13,456 bases of DNA from the NCBI GenBank assembly GCA_043821645.1, contig JBDRCO010000067.1, forward strand, positions 1-13,456, read 5' to 3'. This document shows, piece by piece, positions 7,433 to 13,456 of the stretch. The notes under the pieces are model-generated. The model had not been told where the DNA came from and did no database searches. It saw only the letters and a program-made list of their open reading frames with translations. Made by a program: the position numbers and the translations under genes. Source of the DNA: Pseudomonadota bacterium (GTDB lineage Bacteria > Myxococcota > JACRCW01 > JAFGSX01). Each line of letters starts with the position of its first letter. The first letter of the stretch is position 1.

Positions 7433-10400
7433 ATGAAGACCAAACACCGGTTTTCGACGCTTTTCCTCGCCCTGCCCCTGCTGGTGGGCGGCTGCCCCGA
7501 TCCCGACACCGGCGAGGATGGAGGCTCCAAGCCGAAAAACGACGCTGCCACCGGCGCGGATCACACGGGCGTGGATCACACGGGCGCGGATCACACCGGC
7601 GAGGATGTGGACATCGAGATCACGGGCTACACCTGCGTCAAGGATCTCGACCTGCTCGCCGAGCACCGGGCCTGCAGCCTCGACGTGCACTGCCCCTGCG
7701 GGTCCCACTGCAGCGCGGGTCTGTGCGTGCACGAGTGCCTCGAGCACAGCGACTGCGACGGCTGGTGCGATTTCTTCGGCCGCTGCCGCGGCGCCGCCGA
7801 CACGATGTCCATCCATCCGGTGACTGGCGAGCTGCGCGGCAGGCTGCAGCTCAAGACCGCCCACCTCACGCTCATGGACGTCTCCGAGGTGCGCGAGGTG
7901 GAGCTGAGCGCGGTCCACCAGGCGCTTTCAGACGTCCGCGTGGTGGCCAGCGAGGGGTTGCTGGTCAGGTGCGCGAGTGAGTTCGTCAGGGAGTGTCTCC
8001 TGCCCTCGGTCGCGGCCGACGGGCAGAGGGTCACGGTCTCGGTGAAGCCCGAGGCGACCAGCACGAGAGACGAGTGGCATGTGAGCTTCCACCACGACGA
8101 CCAGGTGGAGAGTGTGCACATTACCAAGATCATGCCACCGAGCGCCCATTTCCCGCAGCCCGGTGTCTACGTAGGCCAGATCTGGTTGAGCAGCGCGGAA
8201 GCCCTGCTGCAGGGCAACGACCCCTATGTGCGGGCGCCGCTGGCATCGGGGTTCAGCATGCTCAACCTGCCGCTGCAGCTGAAGGTGTACAGCGACGGCA
8301 CCGTGGCCTTCACGGATCTCTTCAAGGACACCATCGAGGACCACGCGGGCATCCTCCCTGAGCACCTGGTGTTCACGCTGCGCGCCAACGGCACGTTCGA
8401 CGCCATCAGCGAGGAGGTGGATCGCTCTCCCCAGGTCTACCTCGGCGGAGCCACCGCGGTCGACGACGAGGCCGCGGTCGAGGTGGTGATCTCGGCGCAC
8501 GGCGAGATGCGCTCCGTCGACGACGGCGTCTCCGGAACCCTGGGAGTGCGGATGGGCGGCTTCGGCCCGCTGTACGACCCGACCCTGGCCATCGACGAGC
8601 GGCTCAAGGTGTCGTGGGGCTTCACGGCAACGCGGACCGGCGACATCCAGGCCGGTGACAACCCGCCCCCGCTGGGCGGCGGCCAGGCGCCGGTCTTCGG
8701 TGAGTACGCGGACCGCGTCGACCACGCGGCGCCGTGGGAGGCCGAGATCGAGAACTCCGGGGCCGGCAACCTGGGCGGCGCGGACCAGGCTGAGGCAGTG
8801 CAGCGCTGGCTCTGTTACAGCCACCCCTCTGACTTCACGTCGGTATCGCTATCCATCAACACCGCTGACCTGACCGCGATGCAAGACCTCAAGTGCGACG
8901 ATGTGGACCTCAGGCCCACGGTCTTCCCCCTGTTTACCAACCTGGATCGCACTGTGTCCCTGACGACCCAGCAGGCCCTGGGGGGGTGCATGGAGGAGCT
9001 CGCCTTCGTGGCCAGCGATCCACCCAGCACGATGCAGACCGGGGCAGCCCTGCTCGACGCCATGTCCGGCTGTGGAGAGACCAACGGCTGCAACGACGCG
9101 AACGAGATGCCCACCTGCATCGACGGGCCGCTGGCGCTGTACAGCGCGGTCCTGGGCATGGAATCCATCGCACCCCGCGCCGATCGGCTCTACTGGACGG
9201 TCGCGTCCGATCTCGGCGCCAAGCTGGGGCTCAGGGCCCTGCAGCAGTGGATCCAGACCCACACCTTTGTAGTCCGCGAAACGGCGCAGGGCGTGGATCG
9301 TCTCCTGGGCGGCAACCCCAACGATCTGGAGACCGCCCTCGACACCGGCCTCAACGGCTGGGACCTGATGCTGCACCCCAAGGTGGGGGCGCGCCTGCTG
9401 CACGTCCCGCCGGCGCTGCTGGCCGAGCCCGACTACCGCGACGTCGTCACCCTGCCCGAAGCCATGAACCGCGACAACACCCAGCCCGTGGGCCTGCCGG
9501 TGGTCATGTTGGACGGCCTCACCGCCCAGCTCGAGGCGGCCTCGCGGCTGATCGTCCAGGCGCGGTACCAGTCCGGGTCCTCGCTGCCCAGCCAGGTGGC
9601 GCGCTCCCTGCGCTACGCGTCGATCCTGGCCCCCATCGCCCAGATGCTGCACACCCGGGCCACCGAGCACGGCCAGCTGGCGTGGGAGGAGCTGTGGGTC
9701 GCGTCCCAGGACGACTTCGCCGAGGAGCTGGGCCGGGTGATGCGCGAGTGGCGCGCCTACCTGACCGGGGAGAACCCGCTCGGCATCGACGACGAGGACC
9801 TGCCCCTGTACCGCGGCCTGATCAATCCCGACGCGGCTGGCATGCGCTTCTCGGCCATCTCCAGCTACCTGATCGAGAACTGGGCCACGGACGCCGTGGC
9901 CACAGCCCGCGACGCCAAGACCGCGGCCGACACTGCCTGGACCGCCCTGCTCGAGCGCCAGCTGCAGATGGCGGCCCAGGACCAGGGCGAGGACAGGGCA
10001 GAGGCGATCCAGCGCCAGTACGGCGAGAAGATCCTCAACATGTGCGGCAACCCGCTGGGGCTGGTCGACGCCAAGGATGTCTTCGATCCGGGCCGATGGG
10101 TGGGTCAGAACTCCCAGAACTGCTTCCTCAACCAGGCCAACCCGAGCTGCGTCTACGACGAGCAGGCCATCGCCGACGCCCTGACCGCCGACGACGTCAT
10201 GTACCACATGTGCGTGGTGGCCGAGCTGAACAATCGCCTGGGCGACAAAGCCCAGCTCTCCGACGCGGAGCTCAACGCCCAGATCCGTGAGATGCAGGAC
10301 GTGCTCGGCAACCTCCAGCAGCCGGAATCCGTGGACTGGTGGTTGGGGGTCTTCGACCCCGGGTTGGTGGAGATCGCGATCGACCTGGCCAACCAGATCA

Positions 10401-12166
10401 GGGACCCCGAGGGCGGCCGCGGAATGACCGACCTGTGGACCCTTGACCGCTTCTCGTACTCTGGGATCGAGGACGAGCGGGCGTTCTTCAATGCCAGGCA
10501 GGAGTGCGGCTCGCTGTTGCCCAACGGCGGCTTCGTGACCGACAAGTTGGAGCCGATCGACCACCCCGATTGCTACCAGGGCGCCTTGGGCGAGCTTGTG
10601 CTGGCGGCGCGCGCCGCGCGCAAGGACATCGAGGTCGCCTCCAGCGAGATCCAGGACCTCACCGACGCTTACGAGAACGCCGTGCACCAATGCATCATCA
10701 TCGACGAGGGGATCGAGTTCTCCGAACATGTCTCGGCGCAGCTGGGCGCGATCTCGGGCAAATTGGAAACCTATCTGGGGGGAGTTCAGTTTGCATGCGA
10801 TGTGAGCAGCGTGACGATGGGAGGTATCTTGTCGGCCGCGAGCACCGCGCTGGCCATGCCGGACAGCGGTTTGGCGTCCGTCTTCGACTTCGTCTCCGGC
10901 AAGACCCTGGAGTCCATGTCAAACGCGATGGGGCTCGGGGAAGTCCAGCAACTTCACGCCGACTTCCTGGCCGAGCACCAGCGGGAGATCGCCAACACCC
11001 TGTGCTTCAACGACGCCGAGATGCACCTGGTCAGCGCCGACACCCAGACCAAGCGGCTCGAGCGCGCCAAGATCGATCTGGCCCAGGCTGTCCTCAAGCT
11101 GCGCAACGGGCAGCAGGAGCTCAGGCGCCTGATCATCGAGGGCCGCAACCGCTCCAAGGCCGAGGCCGGCCGCGCCCGGGCGTCGCTGTTCAACGACATC
11201 TGGAGCGACCTGTGGGCCGGCGACCGGGCCACCTTCGAGGGCAAGGTCGAGGACTACCGCGAGGCCATGCGCATCGCCCAGCGCATCATGTACCTGACCG
11301 TGCGCGCCGTGGAGTACGAGTGGCAGGTGACCCGGCAGGACAGGGCCGACGTGCTCGCCGCCACCACGCCCGACGACCTGGCCGCGGTGCTGCTGCAGTT
11401 GAAGACCGATGTGGGCACCGGCAACATCGGCGGCCAGAGCCCGGAGAACCTGCACGTGGTGCTGCGCCTGCGCGACCACCTGCTGCAGCTGGAGGACCGC
11501 TCGGAGTGGCCCGCGGGGCAGCACACCATGTCCGATGTCCAGCGCTTCCAGGCCCTGCTCACCTCGGAGCGGTTTGCCGAGTACGGCGACGACGGGAGTT
11601 ACGCTGGGCAGCGGATACCATTCTCCCTGGCGCCGCTCGGGATCATCGAGCTGGGCGATCCCGGGTCGATCCCGGTGCTCACCGGCTCGGACTGCGCTGA
11701 GCGACTCTGGTCTGTCAACGCCTCCATCCTCGGGGACGAGATCTCCAGCGGTGAGTCGACCTACACCAGGATCGACCTGCGCCACAGCAACACCTTCTAT
11801 AGCCAGTGGTGTCACCGACCGGCCGCCGACGAGCCGCCCTTCCTGAGCGCCTCGACCCGGCCATCGCGCAACCTGTTCAAGGATCCGATCTGGGGCGGCG
11901 GTTACGGCAGCAACAACAACGACGAGAGCGAGTACGTGCGCGCCCGCATCCAGGCCTATTTCAACGTCGCGACCGGCGAGATGGAGCAGGAGAGCTACTC
12001 GCAGGGGTCGTCCGAGGAGCTGGCCTGCCGGGCGCTGTACGGCGAATACGCCCTGTTCTTCCCGGCCGAGTACCTGGACATCAACGGCAGCGGCGGCCTG
12101 CGCCTGCACAACGTCGAGGACATCCTGCTCAGGTTCGACTACGTCTCCGCGGCCAAGCACTACTGA
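7433..12166 (+). CDS. large Cys-rich lipoprotein (1577 aa) with coiled-coil C-terminal half, putatively Tc toxin A-subunit-like
   Basis: RBS TAAGGAG overlaps the upstream stop. MKTKHRFSTLFLALPLLVGGC lipobox; Cys-rich block CSLDVHCPCGSHCSAGLCVHECLEHSDCDGWCDFFGRC; long helical region; C-terminus RALYGEYALFF...LHNVEDILLRFDYVS. The gene is well supported, but the TcA-like assignment is inference. Confidence 0.8.
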   Translation: MKTKHRFSTLFLALPLLVGGCPDPDTGEDGGSKPKNDAATGADHTGVDHTGADHTGEDVDIEITGYTCVKDLDLLAEHRACSLDVHCPCGSHCSAGLCVHECLEHSDCDGWCDFFGRCRGAADTMSIHPVTGELRGRLQLKTAHLTLMDVSEVREVELSAVHQALSDVRVVASEGLLVRCASEFVRECLLPSVAADGQRVTVSVKPEATSTRDEWHVSFHHDDQVESVHITKIMPPSAHFPQPGVYVGQIWLSSAEALLQGNDPYVRAPLASGFSMLNLPLQLKVYSDGTVAFTDLFKDTIEDHAGILPEHLVFTLRANGTFDAISEEVDRSPQVYLGGATAVDDEAAVEVVISAHGEMRSVDDGVSGTLGVRMGGFGPLYDPTLAIDERLKVSWGFTATRTGDIQAGDNPPPLGGGQAPVFGEYADRVDHAAPWEAEIENSGAGNLGGADQAEAVQRWLCYSHPSDFTSVSLSINTADLTAMQDLKCDDVDLRPTVFPLFTNLDRTVSLTTQQALGGCMEELAFVASDPPSTMQTGAALLDAMSGCGETNGCNDANEMPTCIDGPLALYSAVLGMESIAPRADRLYWTVASDLGAKLGLRALQQWIQTHTFVVRETAQGVDRLLGGNPNDLETALDTGLNGWDLMLHPKVGARLLHVPPALLAEPDYRDVVTLPEAMNRDNTQPVGLPVVMLDGLTAQLEAASRLIVQARYQSGSSLPSQVARSLRYASILAPIAQMLHTRATEHGQLAWEELWVASQDDFAEELGRVMREWRAYLTGENPLGIDDEDLPLYRGLINPDAAGMRFSAISSYLIENWATDAVATARDAKTAADTAWTALLERQLQMAAQDQGEDRAEAIQRQYGEKILNMCGNPLGLVDAKDVFDPGRWVGQNSQNCFLNQANPSCVYDEQAIADALTADDVMYHMCVVAELNNRLGDKAQLSDAELNAQIREMQDVLGNLQQPESVDWWLGVFDPGLVEIAIDLANQIRDPEGGRGMTDLWTLDRFSYSGIEDERAFFNARQECGSLLPNGGFVTDKLEPIDHPDCYQGALGELVLAARAARKDIEVASSEIQDLTDAYENAVHQCIIIDEGIEFSEHVSAQLGAISGKLETYLGGVQFACDVSSVTMGGILSAASTALAMPDSGLASVFDFVSGKTLESMSNAMGLGEVQQLHADFLAEHQREIANTLCFNDAEMHLVSADTQTKRLERAKIDLAQAVLKLRNGQQELRRLIIEGRNRSKAEAGRARASLFNDIWSDLWAGDRATFEGKVEDYREAMRIAQRIMYLTVRAVEYEWQVTRQDRADVLAATTPDDLAAVLLQLKTDVGTGNIGGQSPENLHVVLRLRDHLLQLEDRSEWPAGQHTMSDVQRFQALLTSERFAEYGDDGSYAGQRIPFSLAPLGIIELGDPGSIPVLTGSDCAERLWSVNASILGDEISSGESTYTRIDLRHSNTFYSQWCHRPAADEPPFLSASTRPSRNLFKDPIWGGGYGSNNNDESEYVRARIQAYFNVATGEMEQESYSQGSSEELACRALYGEYALFFPAEYLDINGSGGLRLHNVEDILLRFDYVSAAKHY
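7550..7606 (+). repeat. intragenic 15-bp tandem repeat (TG[A/V]DH x3 plus partial unit)
   Basis: AC(C/G)GGCG(C/T)GGATCAC at 7550, 7565 and 7580; partial unit at 7595. Confidence 0.9.
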
Positions 12167-12195
12167 GCTCGTCGCCGCTGGCGTCAACCGCCGTC

Positions 12196-12289
12196 GCCCC
12201 AGGGTGGGTGCCAGCCAAATACCTATCCAATAACACCAGGTACTTACGGAAGGCTCTGTCCCCTGCTCTACTGCTCTCTCTGCTCTCTC
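12196..12289 (+). repeat. dispersed repeat family, full copy D plus CTGCTCT micro-duplications
   Basis: GCCCCAGGGTGGGTGCCAGCCAAATACCT...GGAAGGCTCTGTCCCCTGCTCTA-CTGCTCTCT-CTGCTCTCT fills most of the gap between two convergent stop codons. Confidence 0.92.
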
Positions 12290-13049
12290 AGTCCTGACTG
12301 GCGCTCCAGGCTCCTTCGCCCATGCACCCGGTCGGGAAGGTCGAGTTGCCGCACCAGCTCCCATTGCTGAAGCTGGTGCCGGAGCGCGTGCCTCTCAGGG
12401 CCACCTTGAACGCCATGCCCAGGCTGCCGCACTGGAATCCTGCATCCACCGGAGCGCCGTCCTCGGCCGCCCCTGCGTCCTCGCTGGGCACGCTGAAGCA
12501 CAAGTAGGCCGGGTCAACGATCATCTCGATCTGGCTGGTCAGCGCATCGAAGCTGCCGACGATCTGCCCCTCGAAGGGATAGCCTCCCTGGGCCACACCG
12601 CGCATCACTCCGCTCACCCACAGCTTGTCGCCGGCACAGCCGATCTCGAAGATCATGGCGCCGGAACTCGTCATGTCGAAGGGTCCGGTGAAGATCGTGT
12701 CGCCGAACACCCGGCCCTGCCAGTAACCCGAGAAGCTGCCCGTGAGGTCCGCCAACTCGTCGGGACAGGTCGCACCACCCGCGTCCTCATCGACGGTGTG
12801 GGGTGGGATGTCGGGGTAGGTGCAGACGAAGCCGGCGTCACCGGCGTCATCCAGCGCATCGCCGGCACTGGCATCGGCAACCAGGCTGTCGGGGCTGACA
12901 CTGCGATCGCCGATGACGCGATCGCTCACAGCCCCGTCGCGGATCTCCGCGCCATCGGGCGAGGTCGGCTCGAGACCGCACTGGCAGCTCGCGCCAGCAG
13001 CGAGCAGACCGACCAGACAGATATTCACCAGAGCACGCGGCACGGCCAT
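12288..13049 (-). CDS. hypothetical Cys-containing lipoprotein, 253 aa
   Basis: Start reassigned to ATG 13049: MAVPRALVNICLVGLLAAGASC(QC) lipobox, DAG-rich linker, then a beta-rich Gly/aromatic domain. The upstream ORF extension overlaps IS DNA. Confidence 0.78.
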   Translation of the reverse strand: MAVPRALVNICLVGLLAAGASCQCGLEPTSPDGAEIRDGAVSDRVIGDRSVSPDSLVADASAGDALDDAGDAGFVCTYPDIPPHTVDEDAGGATCPDELADLTGSFSGYWQGRVFGDTIFTGPFDMTSSGAMIFEIGCAGDKLWVSGVMRGVAQGGYPFEGQIVGSFDALTSQIEMIVDPAYLCFSVPSEDAGAAEDGAPVDAGFQCGSLGMAFKVALRGTRSGTSFSNGSWCGNSTFPTGCMGEGAWSASQD

Positions 13050-13094
13050 CCCGATATTATGTCCATCCCTGGCCGGGGCGGAAACAGAGAAAGA

Positions 13095-13110
13095 GAAGGC
13101 TCTGTCCCCT
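13095..13110 (+). repeat. dispersed repeat family, isolated 3' motif (copy E)
   Basis: GAAGGCTCTGTCCCCT, a 16/16 match to copies B and D. Confidence 0.8.
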
Positions 13111-13123
13111 CCTCTTTTCAGGG

Positions 13124-13456
13124 GGAAGCGCGAGCAGGCGTTCGAGCCCATGCACGTCAAGGCGTGACGACGGAGATTGCAGGTCACCGCGGAGCCCAAG
13201 GTGAGCCGTCGGAGGTCATCAAGAGGGTGGAGTGCGGCAGGTGCCATGGCGGGGCAACCGTGCCGATTGGGTGATGGCACCCACCCTTCGAATACCATTC
13301 TGTGCCCGGGCATCCAGGCCCGACCAAGAGCACGTATCGATGGCTGAGGAGACGCTCTCGACGACGACACCGGGGATCCGCTGAACAAGTTTGGAGGTCA
13401 GGCCGGGGAGACACAGAACACAACGATAGCCCGGGCGAGGTCAGGCTGTGCTTGAC
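13124..13456 (+). mobile_element. IS110/IS1111 3' remnant: last transposase codons plus long downstream non-coding end
   Basis: KREQAFEPMHVKA* (stop 13165-13167) resembles the IS110 C-terminal W-x4/5-F-x-P tail. 13419-13456 matches the right end of the 1504-1881 element (34/38). Ends in TTGAC, an outward-facing -35 box. Confidence 0.75.
13223..13345 (+). ncRNA. candidate bridge RNA / seekRNA (target- and donor-binding loops)
   Basis: Stem GAGGGTGG/CCACCCTT encloses an internal loop and a GCAA-tetraloop hairpin; a second domain has a CGGGC/GCCCG hairpin. Loops contain matches to the inferred target (CAGGTGCCA) and donor junction (TATCGATG). Boundaries are approximate. Confidence 0.6.

Noticed and set aside
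2781-12289. Integron attC sites
   Set aside because: Copies follow genes as attC sites do, but lack RYYYAAC...GTTRRRY ends and a full-length hairpin; orientations are mixed and no integrase is present.
5570-12364. Long minus-strand ORFs (5570-7918, 7928-8824, 8849-10729, 10919-12364)
   Set aside because: Antisense shadows of high-GC3 plus-strand genes, with no recognisable motifs.
13050-13388. N-terminal extension of the 366-aa minus ORF
   Set aside because: Runs through the repeat and IS non-coding end; the signal peptide begins at ATG 13049.

Overview
GC-rich bacterial window. Myxococcota/deltaproteobacterial origin is inferred from the acidic, Cys-rich lipoproteins. It contains three pieces of one IS110-superfamily (IS1111-type) element: a left end plus transposase start (1-245, minus), an internally deleted 378-bp derivative (1504-1881), and a transposase tail plus 3' non-coding end (13124-13456). 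Together these allow reconstruction of the element ends, a TG core, a palindromic target, the circle-junction promoter and candidate bridge/seekRNA guides. Housekeeping-type genes are an enoyl-CoA isomerase/hydratase and a DTW-domain tRNA acp3U transferase. A dispersed ~70-bp repeat (GTGCCAGCCAAATACCT...GAAGGCTCTGTCCCC) follows several genes and sits at two apparent truncation breakpoints. Two copies bracket an operon encoding an 887-aa Pmp-like beta-helix lipoprotein and a 1577-aa lipoprotein whose C-terminal half resembles the Tc toxin A-subunit architecture, with no TcB/TcC in the window. All protein calls are by motif recognition only; no database searches were run.
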